From contig JBGPXN010000032.1 of the NCBI GenBank assembly GCA_041492755.1, forward strand, positions 1-36,151: DNA of 36,151 bases, given 5' to 3'. A program made the position numbers and the translations under genes. The DNA is from Candidatus Methylomirabilia bacterium (lineage in GTDB: Bacteria > Methylomirabilota > Methylomirabilia > Rokubacteriales > CSP1-6). Numbering within the stretch: position 1 is the first letter of the stretch; every line of letters starts with the position of its first letter. Below, piece by piece: positions 1 through 10,311 of this stretch. The notes beneath the pieces are model-generated. The model did no database searches. It was not told where the DNA came from and saw only the letters and a program-made list of their open reading frames with translations.

Positions 1-74
1 CCCGCCTGTCGAAAACGCCGCTGGTTTCGGGTAGTGTCGGCCGGTATGGGCACCCGCGGAGGTTATGGCAACCC

Positions 75-320
75 ATGAGCGAAGTCGCCCGGCTCCTCGT
101 GCGCGGGTGCCGGCGGCCCGGACGCGACGGCCTCCGGGACGTCGGGCTCGACGCCGGGCGCATCGCGGCGGTGGCGTCACGCGCCGATGCCGGCGGCGCT
201 CGCGTGCAGGACGCCGGCGGCCGGCTGCACGTGCTGGGGGGAGATGACCTCGAAGGGCAGGCCGCCCGGCGGCTGGAGCGCGCGCCGCTGCCGCGGCATT
301 CGTACGGAATTCCCCGGTGA
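75..320 (+). pseudogene. Truncated amidohydrolase (N-terminal beta-sandwich only) with an unrelated tail
   Basis: LLVRGCRRPGRDGLRDVGLDAGRIAAV...ARVQDAGGRL aligns by eye with the N-terminus of the intact amidohydrolase at 4614 (LLLRGARVPEGDGLVDIAIAGDRIAEV...ARVVDLAGRV) but stops before the PG..HxH motif. GGAGG at 58-62; stop overlaps the next GTG. Confidence 0.6.
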
Positions 321-1558
321 CCGACATCGCCGCCGCCAACCGGAAGTGTCTGCGCCGCCTGCAGGCGAGCACGGCCATGCTGGTGGGGCTGCGTCCGGCG
401 CGCGAGGTCGTGCCCGGTCTCGACGCGGGGCGCGTGGTCCTCCACGCGGGGCCGCCGGTGGCGTGGGAGCGCATGTGCGGACCCATGCGGGGCGCGGTCA
501 TCGGCGCCGCGCTCTTCGAGGGCTGGGCCAAGACGCCCGACGACGTGATGGCGATGGCCGCGGCCGGCGAGCTCACGTTCGACCCGTGCCATCACCATCG
601 GGCCGTCGGACCCATGGCCGGCATCATCACACCGTCGATGGCGGTCTACGTCGTGCGCAACGAGGCGTTCGCCTCCGAGGCGTACGCGACCATCAACATG
701 GGCCTGGGCAAGGTGCTCCGCATGGGTGCCTACGACGACTCCGTGCTGGAGCGCTTGCGCTGGATGAACGGCGATCTCGCGGCCCGGCTCGACGCCGCGC
801 TCGGTCGGGCCGGCGGTGTCGACGTCAAGAGCCTCATCTCGCAGGCGCTCGCGATGGGCGACGAGGTCCACAACCGCGCGCGCGCGGCAACGTCGCTGCT
901 GGTGCGCCAGCTCGCGCCGCACGTCGCGGCCACCGCCGGCGCGGCCGGGGAGCGCGCGCTCGCGTTCATGGGCGCCGGCGATTCGTTCTTCCTCAACATC
1001 GGGATGGCCGCCTGCAAGGTCGCGCTCGACGCCGCCCACGGCGTGGCCGGCGCCACCATGCTGACCGCGATGGCGCGCAACGGCACCGAGTTCGGCATCC
1101 GGGTCAGCGGCACCGGCGACCGCTGGTTCACGGCCCCGGCGCCGAAGGTACAGGGACTGTACTTCGCCGGCTACGGGCCGGACGACGCCAATCCGGACAT
1201 CGGCGATTCGGCCATCACCGAAACGGCCGGACTGGGCGCATTCGCGATGGCGGCCGCGCCCGCGATCGTGCAGTTCGTGGGCGGCTCGCCGAAGCTGGCG
1301 TTCGACACCACGCTCGAGATGTACGAGATCACGCTCGGTGAGCACGAGACGTTCAAGATCCCCGCGCTCGACTTCCGCGGCACGCCGGTCGGCATCGACG
1401 TCCGCAAGGTGGTGGAGACCGGCCTCGTGCCCGTGATCGACACGGGGATCGCCCACAAGCAGGCCGGCGTCGGGCAGATCGGCGCCGGCCTCAGCGCCGC
1501 GCCGATGGACTGCTTCATCCAGGCGCTGGAAGCTGTCGCGGCCGGACGCCAGGCGTGA
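317..1558 (+). CDS. DUF1116 family protein, YlbE (AllG, oxamate carbamoyltransferase subunit)-like
   Basis: Motifs LHAGPP, PCH..AVGPMAG, MGDEVHNR, MARNG.EFG, DIGDSAITET, G..PVIDTGIAH typical of E. coli YlbE/YahG; 413 aa. Confidence 0.9.
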   Translation: MTDIAAANRKCLRRLQASTAMLVGLRPAREVVPGLDAGRVVLHAGPPVAWERMCGPMRGAVIGAALFEGWAKTPDDVMAMAAAGELTFDPCHHHRAVGPMAGIITPSMAVYVVRNEAFASEAYATINMGLGKVLRMGAYDDSVLERLRWMNGDLAARLDAALGRAGGVDVKSLISQALAMGDEVHNRARAATSLLVRQLAPHVAATAGAAGERALAFMGAGDSFFLNIGMAACKVALDAAHGVAGATMLTAMARNGTEFGIRVSGTGDRWFTAPAPKVQGLYFAGYGPDDANPDIGDSAITETAGLGAFAMAAAPAIVQFVGGSPKLAFDTTLEMYEITLGEHETFKIPALDFRGTPVGIDVRKVVETGLVPVIDTGIAHKQAGVGQIGAGLSAAPMDCFIQALEAVAAGRQA

Positions 1559-2976
1559 AGCCCACGGCGTCCCGCTTGCTCGCCGGCCCGCCGCGGGTGA
1601 TCTCGCTCGGGATAGAAACGTTCGCCGAGACGCTGGCCGACCTCGGCGTGGCGGTGACGCACGTCGCCTGGCGGCCGCCCGCGAACGCCGATCCGGCGTT
1701 GGCGGCGCTCCTGGGACGGCTCGAAGCGCAACGCGAGACGATCGAGCGCGCCAATCGGGAGGCGTTGACCCGGCTCACCGAGGGAGAGCCGGTCCTGGTC
1801 GATTGCCGTCCTGCGCGCGAGGCCCTGGACCTTCCCGATCGCACGGTGCTGCACGCCGGGCCGCCGCTCGACTGGGCGGGCGCCTGCGCTCCGATGCGGG
1901 CGGCCGTGCTCTGCGCGATCCGGTACGAGGGCTGGGCGGCCAACGACGATGCCGCCGCGCGTCTCGTCGCGGACGGCGCGGTGCGGCTGGCCCCGTGCCA
2001 CGACTGGGGCGCGGTCGGCCCGATGACCGGAATGGTGACCGCGACGATGCCGGTCTTCGTCGTCGAGAACCGCGCGTACGGGAATCGCGCGCACGCCACC
2101 ATCAACGAAGGCCTCGGCAAGGTGCTCCGCTTCGGCGCCAACGACGACAGTGTCCTCGCGCGCCTGCGCTGGCTCATGCAGGAGGCCGGCCCCCTGCTCG
2201 GCGCGGCGTTGCGCGCGTCCGGCGGCATTCCGCTCCGCCCGCTCATGGCCCAGGCCGTGCGGATGGGCGACGAGATGCACCAGCGCAACGTCGCGGCATC
2301 GGCGCTGCTCGCCCGCGCGCTGATGCCGCACCTGGCCCGCGCCGGCGGCAAGCACGGCGCCGTGGCCCGCGTGGCCGAATTCATCGGCGCCAACGATCAG
2401 TTCTTCCTCAATCTCGCCATGGCCGCCGGCAAAGCGCTGGCCGATCCGGCGCTCGGCGTCTCCCCGTCCACCCTGGTCGTCACGATGGCGCGCAACGGAA
2501 CGGATTTCGGCGTGCGCGTGGCCGGCCTCGGCGCACGCTGGTTCACGGCGCCCGTGCTCACGCCGGTCGGCCTGTACTTCCCCGGCTACGGTCCCGACGA
2601 CGCCAACCCGGACCTGGGCGACAGTGCCATCGTCGAGACGATCGGCCTCGGCGCGGTGGCGATGGCGGCCTCGCCGGCCGTCGCGCGCTTCGTCGGCGCC
2701 GGCGGCGTGGCCGCGGCGCTCGCCGCCACCGCCGAGATGCGCGAGATCTGCGCGGGCGAGCATCCGCACTTCCGCATCCCGATGCTCGACGAGCGGGGGA
2801 CGCCCGTCGGCATCGACGTGCGTCGCGTGATCGAGACCGGGATCACGCCGCTCATCAACACCGGCATCGCGGGCCGCGTGGCCGGTACGGGCCAGGTCGG
2901 TGCCGGCGTCGTGCGCGCGCCGCTGGCGTGCTTCGAGCAGGCGCTGGCCGCGCTCGCCGTCACCGAGGACGCATGA
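1555..2976 (+). CDS. DUF1116 family protein, YahG-like (long form with N-terminal extension)
   Basis: Same motifs as the upstream paralog plus N-terminal VISLGIETFAETL...VAWRPP extension resembling E. coli YahG; GTGA overlap with the previous gene. Confidence 0.9.
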   Translation: MKPTASRLLAGPPRVISLGIETFAETLADLGVAVTHVAWRPPANADPALAALLGRLEAQRETIERANREALTRLTEGEPVLVDCRPAREALDLPDRTVLHAGPPLDWAGACAPMRAAVLCAIRYEGWAANDDAAARLVADGAVRLAPCHDWGAVGPMTGMVTATMPVFVVENRAYGNRAHATINEGLGKVLRFGANDDSVLARLRWLMQEAGPLLGAALRASGGIPLRPLMAQAVRMGDEMHQRNVAASALLARALMPHLARAGGKHGAVARVAEFIGANDQFFLNLAMAAGKALADPALGVSPSTLVVTMARNGTDFGVRVAGLGARWFTAPVLTPVGLYFPGYGPDDANPDLGDSAIVETIGLGAVAMAASPAVARFVGAGGVAAALAATAEMREICAGEHPHFRIPMLDERGTPVGIDVRRVIETGITPLINTGIAGRVAGTGQVGAGVVRAPLACFEQALAALAVTEDA

Positions 2977-3719
2977 ACCGACTGGCCGGCAAGGTCGCGC
3001 TCGTCACCGGCGGCAACACCGGGATCGGACGCGCGGTGGCGCTGGCCTATGCGGCCGAAGGGGCCGACGTCGCCATCGCCTGGATCGCGCGCGAGGACGA
3101 CGCGCGCTCCCTCGTGACCGACGTCGAGCGGAAGGGCCGCCGGGCGCTCGCCGTGAAGACCGACGTGACGGTGGAGGCCGACGTCGGCCGGCTGGTGGCC
3201 CAGGTGATCGAGCGCTTCGGTCGCATCGACGTGCTGGTCAACAACGCCGGCATCCAGAAGGCGCAGGCGATCACCGAGACGACGCTGGACGATTGGGACC
3301 GCATGATCGCCGTCCACATGCGCGGGGCGTTCCTCTGCTGCCGCGAGGTGGCGCGGCCCATGATCGAGCAGAAGAGCGGACGCATCATCGTGCTCACCTC
3401 GCAGCTCGCCTACATCGGCCGCCCGCGCTACACCGCGTACTCGGCGGCCAAGGGCGGACTGCTCACGTTCACCCGCGCGCTGGCCCAGGAGCTCGCGCCC
3501 CACGGCATCCTCGTGAACTCCATCGCGCCCGGTCTCATCGACACCGGCTTCGACCCGCTACCCGACGACGTGAAGCGCGCCCACGCGGCGTCGCTGCCGC
3601 TCAAGCGCCTCGGCATGCCCGACGACCTCGTCGGCGCCTTCGTCTTCCTCGCCTCCGACGAGAGCCGCTACTTCTGCGGCCAGACCCTCCATCCGAACGG
3701 CGGCGAGATCATGCCGTAA
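2973..3719 (+). CDS. Short-chain dehydrogenase/reductase (SDR)
   Basis: TGGNTGIG Rossmann motif, NNAG, YSAAK catalytic motif; start placed at the ATGA overlap (2973), within ORF 1803..3719. Confidence 0.93.
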   Translation: MNRLAGKVALVTGGNTGIGRAVALAYAAEGADVAIAWIAREDDARSLVTDVERKGRRALAVKTDVTVEADVGRLVAQVIERFGRIDVLVNNAGIQKAQAITETTLDDWDRMIAVHMRGAFLCCREVARPMIEQKSGRIIVLTSQLAYIGRPRYTAYSAAKGGLLTFTRALAQELAPHGILVNSIAPGLIDTGFDPLPDDVKRAHAASLPLKRLGMPDDLVGAFVFLASDESRYFCGQTLHPNGGEIMP

Positions 3720-3807
3720 CTTCACCCGGATCTCCCTGCGCGTTCGCGCTTGACGTCGCCGTCGTGATGACGGTAAGAATGGGCCGCCGGTTCGTGTGGA
3801 GGTCCGC

Positions 3808-3897
3808 GTGAAAATCCTCGTGATCAATTCCAACAGCCTTGTTGCCGTCGCGGTCAAGTTCGCGGGACCGCCCCAACCGCTCGACAGCTACTGCTGA
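3808..3897 (+). pseudogene. Remnant of an Asp/Glu/hydantoin (allantoin) racemase family gene
   Basis: GGAGG RBS, then GTG-initiated MKILVINSNSLVAVAVKFAGPPQPLDSYC*. MKILVINxN matches the racemase N-terminus (MRILVINPNT); only 29 aa. Confidence 0.55.
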
Positions 3898-3910
3898 CGG
3901 GAAGTTCGGC

Positions 3911-4510
3911 ATGGTGGCATCGTCCATGAACGGTCGTATCCACGTGCCCGCCGGGACCGCCCGCGCGGTGACGCTGCGGGCGGAGCAACGCCTCCGCATC
4001 GTCAACGTCGAGGGCAAGCAGGTCGCCGACTTCCTCGCCTTCAGCGCCACCGACCTCACCGAAGCGATGAGCACGGTGCACACGATCGTCTCGATCGGCC
4101 GCCTGTTCCCCACCACCGGCGATGCGCTCCGCAGCAATCGCCGGCGACCGATGCTCGAGTTCACGCGGGACGACACCGGTCGTCACGACCTGCTGATCGC
4201 CGCCTGCGATCCCTGGCGCTACGAGGTCGACTTCGGCGTCACCGGTCACCGAAACTGCTCGGACAATTTCCTGGAGGCGCTCCAGCCCTGGCGCATCGAA
4301 CGCCACCAGCTCCCGCATCCGGTGAACCTCTTCCAGAACATGCGCTACCCGGACGGCCGGGTCGAGTTCGGCGAATCCGTCGCCAAGGCGGGCGACGTCG
4401 TGGAATTGCGGGCGCTCATGGACGTGGTGGCGGCGGTGAGCGCCTGCCCGATGGACCTCAATCCCATCAGCGGCTTCCGCGTGACCGACCTCGCGCTCGA
4501 CGTCGTGTAA
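3911..4510 (+). CDS. DUF1989 / urea carboxylase-associated family protein
   Basis: EGKQVADF, HDLL...C, NCSDNF, P.NLF.N, SACP motifs; start ATG 3911 or 3926. Confidence 0.85.
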   Translation: MVASSMNGRIHVPAGTARAVTLRAEQRLRIVNVEGKQVADFLAFSATDLTEAMSTVHTIVSIGRLFPTTGDALRSNRRRPMLEFTRDDTGRHDLLIAACDPWRYEVDFGVTGHRNCSDNFLEALQPWRIERHQLPHPVNLFQNMRYPDGRVEFGESVAKAGDVVELRALMDVVAAVSACPMDLNPISGFRVTDLALDVV

Positions 4511-4613
4511 GAGCACGGCAAGACATGATGAGCGGCTACTCGCGCAACGGCCACGCCGAGCCGGACGGCAGCCTGCACGCGGTCCAGGCGAGAATGGCCC
4601 GTCGCCGCTGAGC

Positions 4614-5888
4614 ATGCTGGATCTGCTGCTGAGAGGCGCGCGCGTCCCCGAGGGCGACGGCCTCGTGGACATCGCCATCGCCGGTGACCGCATCGCGGAG
4701 GTGGCCGCCACCGGGCCGGTGCCGCGCCCGGCCGCGCGCGTGGTCGACCTCGCCGGCCGTGTCGTCACGCCGGGGCTCGTCGAGGCCCACATGCATCTCG
4801 ACAAGGCCTTCCTCACCGACCGGGTCAGCGCCAGCGCCGGCACGGTGGAGGAGGCGATCCGGCTCACCGGTGAAGCCAAGCGCCGGTTCACCGTGGACGA
4901 CGTGCGCGGGCGCGCCCGCCGCGTTCTCGATCTCGCCATCGCGGCCGGCACCACGGCCATGCGCAGTCACGTCGAGGTCGATCCCATCGTGGGCCTGATG
5001 GGGCTGGAGGCCCTGCTGCCGCTCAAGGAGGAGTACGCGCCGGCCATTGACCTGCAGCTCTGCGCGTTCGCCCAGGAGGGGATCTTGAAATCGCCGGGCA
5101 CGGAGGCGCTGCTGCGGCGCGCGCTCCAGCTCGGCGCCGATCTCGTGGGCGGCTGCCCGTACAACGACACCGACGCCCGGAAGCACATCGAGATCGTGTT
5201 CCGTCTCGCCGAAAGCTTCGGGGTCGACGCCGACTTCCACGTCGACTTCGCCGACGAGCCCGAGCACCTCCACGTCAAGGACGTCGTGGCGGAAACCGTG
5301 CGCGCGGGCTGGCAGGGACGCGTCGCCGTCGGCCATCTGACCGAGCTGGCCGCGCTGCCGGGATACGAGCAGGATGACGTCGTCGCCGCCATCGCGGAGG
5401 CCGGCGTGGCCGTCATCAGCCTGCCCATCACCGATCTCTATCTGATGGGCCGCCGCGACGAGAGCAACGTCCGTCGTGGTCTCACCCCGATCCGGAAGCT
5501 GCTGGCCGCCGGCGTGCCGGTCGCGCTGGCCTCGAACAACGTCTGCAACCCGTTCACGCCGATCGGTACCGCCGACCTCACGCACGTCGGCTTCGTGGCG
5601 GCCGCCGCCGCCCATCTCGGCACGCCGGGCGACCTCCGTGCGATCCTCCGCATGCTCACGACCGACGCGGCCCGAGTGATCGGCCTGACCAACTACGGGC
5701 TCGCGCCCGGCCACCGGGCCGACCTCGTAGGCTGGGAGTGCACGCGAGTGGAAGAGATCGTGGCCACGCTGCCCGATCGGGCCTTCGTGTGCAAAGCCGG
5801 CCGGATCACCATCGAGCACACGCACACGGTGAGACAGCCGTGGCGCCAGGCGCCCGCGACGGTCGCGGGATCGGGGACGACACGATGA
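4614..5888 (+). CDS. Metal-dependent amidohydrolase, cytosine deaminase-like
   Basis: PGLVEAHMHLDK, RSHVEVD, FAQEG, DFHVD, GHLT motifs; SNN where this family often has D. Confidence 0.88.
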   Translation: MLDLLLRGARVPEGDGLVDIAIAGDRIAEVAATGPVPRPAARVVDLAGRVVTPGLVEAHMHLDKAFLTDRVSASAGTVEEAIRLTGEAKRRFTVDDVRGRARRVLDLAIAAGTTAMRSHVEVDPIVGLMGLEALLPLKEEYAPAIDLQLCAFAQEGILKSPGTEALLRRALQLGADLVGGCPYNDTDARKHIEIVFRLAESFGVDADFHVDFADEPEHLHVKDVVAETVRAGWQGRVAVGHLTELAALPGYEQDDVVAAIAEAGVAVISLPITDLYLMGRRDESNVRRGLTPIRKLLAAGVPVALASNNVCNPFTPIGTADLTHVGFVAAAAAHLGTPGDLRAILRMLTTDAARVIGLTNYGLAPGHRADLVGWECTRVEEIVATLPDRAFVCKAGRITIEHTHTVRQPWRQAPATVAGSGTTR

Positions 5889-7405
5889 ACGCGATCCTCG
5901 AGCGCGCGGTAGTCACTCCCCTGCTCGACGTTCTCACCGAGGCCGTGCTCCTCACCGACCAGACGGGAACGCTCGTGTTCGCCAACGCCGCCGCCCGCGC
6001 GCGCTTCGACCTCGATCGCTACCAGGGCATGCCGCTCGAGAAGCGGCTGGCCGAGATGCCGATCTTCCGGCCCGACGGCACCCCGCTCCCGCCCGGCGAG
6101 GACCCGGTCGTGCGCGCGCTCTCCATCCGGATGCCCGCGGGCAGCGGACGCGTGATGCTCGACGGCCGCGGCGAGCGGCGCTGGTACGTCATCAATACCT
6201 CGCCGGTGTTCGACGGCGATCGCCTCGCCGGCACCGCGTCGGTGTTCCACGACGTCACCGCCGCCGTGCGCGACGAGACCCACGCGCGCGAGGCGATCGA
6301 GGCGGCGCGCCGGACCGCCGAGGACGCGAACCGTCTGAAAGATCAGTTCATCAACACGCTCTCGCACGAGCTGCGCGCGCCGCTCCAGCCTATTCTCGGG
6401 TGGACCGAGGTGCTTCGCCGTCACGGGCGGCTCGACGAGGTCACCACGCGCGCGGTCGAGGCCATTCGGCGCAACATCCGCCAGCAAGTCAGGCTCGTCG
6501 ACGACCTCCTCGACTTCTCGCGGCTGGTCAACCGGAACCTGCATCTGCGCCACGAGCGCTTCGACCTCCGCGAGCCGGTGCGCGCCGGCGTCGAGCCGTT
6601 CGAGGAGGCGGCCAGCCTCAAGCGCGTGCGTCTGAGCGTCGAGCTGCCGCCGGCGCCGCTCCTGATGTGGGGCGACGGCAGTCGCATCCAGCAGGTCGTC
6701 GGGAATCTCGTATCCAACGCCCTGAAGTTCACGCCGGAGGGCGGTGTGGTGCACGTCCGTGTCGCCGCCGAGGCGCCGGGCGTGCTCGTGGAGGTCGAGG
6801 ACACCGGCGACGGCATCGCGGCCGACGATCTGGGCGTGATCTTCGACGTGTTCCGCCAGGCCGCGCGTAGCCGCGCCAAGGGCGGAATGGGCCTGGGCCT
6901 CGCCCTCGTGAAGCAGCTCACCGAGATGCACGGCGGCACGGTGGAGGCGTTCTCGGCCGGCGCCGGCCTCGGCGCGCGCTTCCGGCTGCGTCTGCCGCTG
7001 GCCGCGCCGTTGGCGCCCGCGTTGGAGCCGGCCCGCGGGACGCGCCGTCTCGAGCAGCGCTCGATCCTCGTCGTCGAGGACAACCTCGACACCCGCGAGG
7101 TGCTAAGGGTGATGCTCGAGCTGGAAGGCGCCACCGTCGCCACCGCCGAGTCCGGTCACGACGCGGTGCGCTCGCTGGAGACGCTGCGACCCGACGTCGT
7201 GCTCTGCGACATCGGCCTGCCCGACATCGACGGCTTCGAGGTCGCGCGCCGGATTCGCCGCGAAGCAGGACTGGAGAACACCCGCCTCATCGCCCTCACC
7301 GGCTACGGCCGCACCGAAGACGTGCAGCAAGCGCTCGACGCCGGCTTCGAGACGCACCTCACCAAGCCCGTGAACCTGGACGAGCTGCTGGCGCGGTTGG
7401 CATAG
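5885..7405 (+). CDS. Cytoplasmic hybrid sensor histidine kinase (PAS-HisKA-HATPase-REC)
   Basis: H-box [10 protein letters not shown]-box [22 protein letters not shown]; receiver VVEDN...[10 protein letters not shown]...LTKP; start at ATGA overlap 5885. Confidence 0.92.
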   Translation: MNAILERAVVTPLLDVLTEAVLLTDQTGTLVFANAAARARFDLDRYQGMPLEKRLAEMPIFRPDGTPLPPGEDPVVRALSIRMPAGSGRVMLDGRGERRWYVINTSPVFDGDRLAGTASVFHDVTAAVRDETHAREAIEAARRTAEDANRLKDQFINTLSHELRAPLQPILGWTEVLRRHGRLDEVTTRAVEAIRRNIRQQVRLVDDLLDFSRLVNRNLHLRHERFDLREPVRAGVEPFEEAASLKRVRLSVELPPAPLLMWGDGSRIQQVVGNLVSNALKFTPEGGVVHVRVAAEAPGVLVEVEDTGDGIAADDLGVIFDVFRQAARSRAKGGMGLGLALVKQLTEMHGGTVEAFSAGAGLGARFRLRLPLAAPLAPALEPARGTRRLEQRSILVVEDNLDTREVLRVMLELEGATVATAESGHDAVRSLETLRPDVVLCDIGLPDIDGFEVARRIRREAGLENTRLIALTGYGRTEDVQQALDAGFETHLTKPVNLDELLARLA

Positions 7406-7428
7406 AGCGCCACCACATTTGGTATTCG

Positions 7429-7457
7429 TTGACAGCGCGGCAACCGCCATGTAGAGT
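7429..7457 (+). promoter_or_regulatory. Sigma70-type promoter of the pyr operon
   Basis: TTGACA (7429-7434), 17-bp spacer, TAGAGT (7452-7457) in an AT-richer intergenic region. Confidence 0.75.
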
Positions 7458-7473
7458 CGAAACGAAATCGTGC

Positions 7474-8084
<611 letters not shown>

Positions 8085-8086
8085 GC

Positions 8087-9025
8087 ATGGCGTGGACGCG
8101 CAAGGACCTGTTGGCGATGAGCGAGCTGGAGGCGGCCGAGATCACGACGCTTCTGGACACGGCCGCGTCGCTCCAGGAGATCGCGAGCCGCGACATCAAG
8201 AAGGTGCCCGCGCTGCGGGGCAAGACGGTGGTCAACCTCTTCTACGAGGCCTCCACGCGCACGCGGACCTCCTTCGAGATCGCGGGCAAGTGGCTGTCGG
8301 CCGACGTCGTCAACTTCTCCGCGGGCGGCTCGAGCGCGGCCAAGGGTGAGAGCTTCATCGACACCGCGAAGAACATCGCCGCCATGAGCCCCGACGTGAT
8401 CGTCGTGCGGCACTCGTCGGCGGGCGCGGCGGCGCTGCTCGCGCGCGAGCTGCCCTGCGGCATCGTGAACGCCGGCGACGGCGCCCACGAGCACCCGACC
8501 CAGGCCCTGCTCGACCTGCTCACCATCCGTGAGCACAAGGGCAACTTCGAGGGGCTACACGTCGCCATCGTCGGCGACATCGCTCACAGCCGCGTCGCGC
8601 GCTCGAACATTCACGCCATGCGCAAGCTCGGCATGAGCATCACGGTGGCGGGACCGCCCACGCTCATCCCGCCCTTCGTGCAGGAGCTCGGCGTCAAGGT
8701 CTCCTACCGGATGGAGGACGCGATCCGCGACGTGGACGTCATCATGATGCTGCGGTTACAGCAGGAACGGATGACGGGCGGGCTCATCCCCTCCCTCCGG
8801 GAGTACGCTCGGTACTGGGGGCTCTCCCTGGACAAGCTGCGCGCCCACGCACGGGAGGACGTGCTGATCATGCATCCGGGGCCGGTCAACCGCGGAGTCG
8901 AGCTCGCCCCCGAAGTCGCCGACGGCCCCTACTCCGTCATCCTCGACCAGGTGTCCAAGGGCGTCGCGGTCCGGATGGGGGTCCTCTTCCTCCTCGCCGG
9001 CGCCAAGGGCGGAGACGCGACATGA
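8087..9025 (+). CDS. pyrB: Aspartate carbamoyltransferase catalytic subunit
   Basis: FYEASTRT, NAGDGAHEHPTQALLD, HPGPVNRG. Confidence 0.97.
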   Translation: MAWTRKDLLAMSELEAAEITTLLDTAASLQEIASRDIKKVPALRGKTVVNLFYEASTRTRTSFEIAGKWLSADVVNFSAGGSSAAKGESFIDTAKNIAAMSPDVIVVRHSSAGAAALLARELPCGIVNAGDGAHEHPTQALLDLLTIREHKGNFEGLHVAIVGDIAHSRVARSNIHAMRKLGMSITVAGPPTLIPPFVQELGVKVSYRMEDAIRDVDVIMMLRLQQERMTGGLIPSLREYARYWGLSLDKLRAHAREDVLIMHPGPVNRGVELAPEVADGPYSVILDQVSKGVAVRMGVLFLLAGAKGGDAT

Positions 9026-10311
9026 GCGGGGCCGGGTCCCCGCTCCTCATCCGCGGCGGGCGGGTGATCGACCCCGTCAACGGGCTCGACGGCGTTCAGG
9101 ACGTGTTGATCGAGGCCGGCGTGATCCGGCGGGTCGGGATCAGGGTGGCCGCGCCCGAGGGCGTCGCCGTGGTCGACGCCAGCGGGAAGGTCGTGTGTCC
9201 GGGGCTGATCGACGTCCACGTCCACCTGCGCGAGCCCGGCTACGAGTACAAGGAGACGGTGGCGACGGGCACGCGGGCGGCCGCGGCCGGCGGGTTCACC
9301 GCCGTCTGCTGCATGGCCAACACGAATCCGGTCAACGACAACCGCTCGATCACCGACTACATCCTGGCCAAGGCCGCGACCGAAGGCGTGGTCCGCGTCT
9401 ACGCGATCGGCGCGGTGACTCGCGGCCTGCGGGGCGAAGAGCTCGCCGAGCTGGCGGAGCTGGCCGAGGCCGGCTGCGTGGCCTTCTCGGACGACGGCAA
9501 GTGCGTGATGAACGCCAGGCTCTACCGGCGCGCCATGGAGTACACGCTGCCTTTCGGTACCGCGCTCATCAGTCACGCCGAGGACGCCCACCTCGCCAAC
9601 GGGTGGTGCATGAACGAGGGCGTGGTCTCGACCGAGCTCGGGCTGCCGGCCGCGCCCGCCGCGGCCGAGGAGATCATGGTCGCCCGGGATCTGCTGCTCG
9701 CCGAGCTCACCGGGGCGCACGTCCACATCGCCCACACGTCGACGGCCGGATCCGTTCGCCTGATCCGCGACGCCAAGGCCCGCGGCATCCGCGTGACGGC
9801 CGAGGTCACGCCTCACCACCTGGTGCTGACCGAAGAGGTGGTCCGGAGCTTCGACGCCAATACGAAAATGGCGCCGCCTCTCCGGACCAAGCGTGATACG
9901 GAGGCGCTGCTCGAGGGTCTCATCGACGGGACCATCGACTGCATCGCGACCGACCATGCGCCCCACGCGCTCAGCGAGAAGGAAGGCGAGTTCGACCAGG
10001 CGGCGTTCGGCATCGTCGGGCTGGAGACGGCGGTCGCGGTACTGCACGACCGGCTGGTCCGGACCGGCGCGCTGAGCCTCCCCACGCTGGTGGCGCGACT
10101 CTCCACCGACCCCGCCCGGATCTTCCGGCTGCCCGGCGGCAGTCTCTCGCCGGGCGCGCCCGGTGACGTGACGATCATCGACACCGAACGGGAACTCACG
10201 GTCGAGCCCGCGCGGTTTCAATCACGCAGCCGCAACACGCCGTTCGCGGGCTGGAAGCTCCGCGGCGCGCCGGTGACGACGATCGTCGGCGGAAAAGTCG
10301 TCCGGTCGTGA
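9022..10311 (+). CDS. pyrC: Dihydroorotase (type I, metal ligands intact)
   Basis: [28 protein letters not shown]. Confidence 0.96.
   Translation: MSGAGSPLLIRGGRVIDPVNGLDGVQDVLIEAGVIRRVGIRVAAPEGVAVVDASGKVVCPGLIDVHVHLREPGYEYKETVATGTRAAAAGGFTAVCCMANTNPVNDNRSITDYILAKAATEGVVRVYAIGAVTRGLRGEELAELAELAEAGCVAFSDDGKCVMNARLYRRAMEYTLPFGTALISHAEDAHLANGWCMNEGVVSTELGLPAAPAAAEEIMVARDLLLAELTGAHVHIAHTSTAGSVRLIRDAKARGIRVTAEVTPHHLVLTEEVVRSFDANTKMAPPLRTKRDTEALLEGLIDGTIDCIATDHAPHALSEKEGEFDQAAFGIVGLETAVAVLHDRLVRTGALSLPTLVARLSTDPARIFRLPGGSLSPGAPGDVTIIDTERELTVEPARFQSRSRNTPFAGWKLRGAPVTTIVGGKVVRS

Noticed and set aside
1803..2972. Long N-terminal extensions in the ORF track (SDR, and likewise def, rpoZ, the hybrid kinase and the cupins)
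   Set aside because: They overlap real upstream genes out of frame; true starts match stop/start overlaps or RBSs.
3720..3910. Guanidine or purine riboswitch upstream of the DUF1989 gene
   Set aside because: No recognisable aptamer motifs; the region is better explained by a weak promoter and the racemase remnant.
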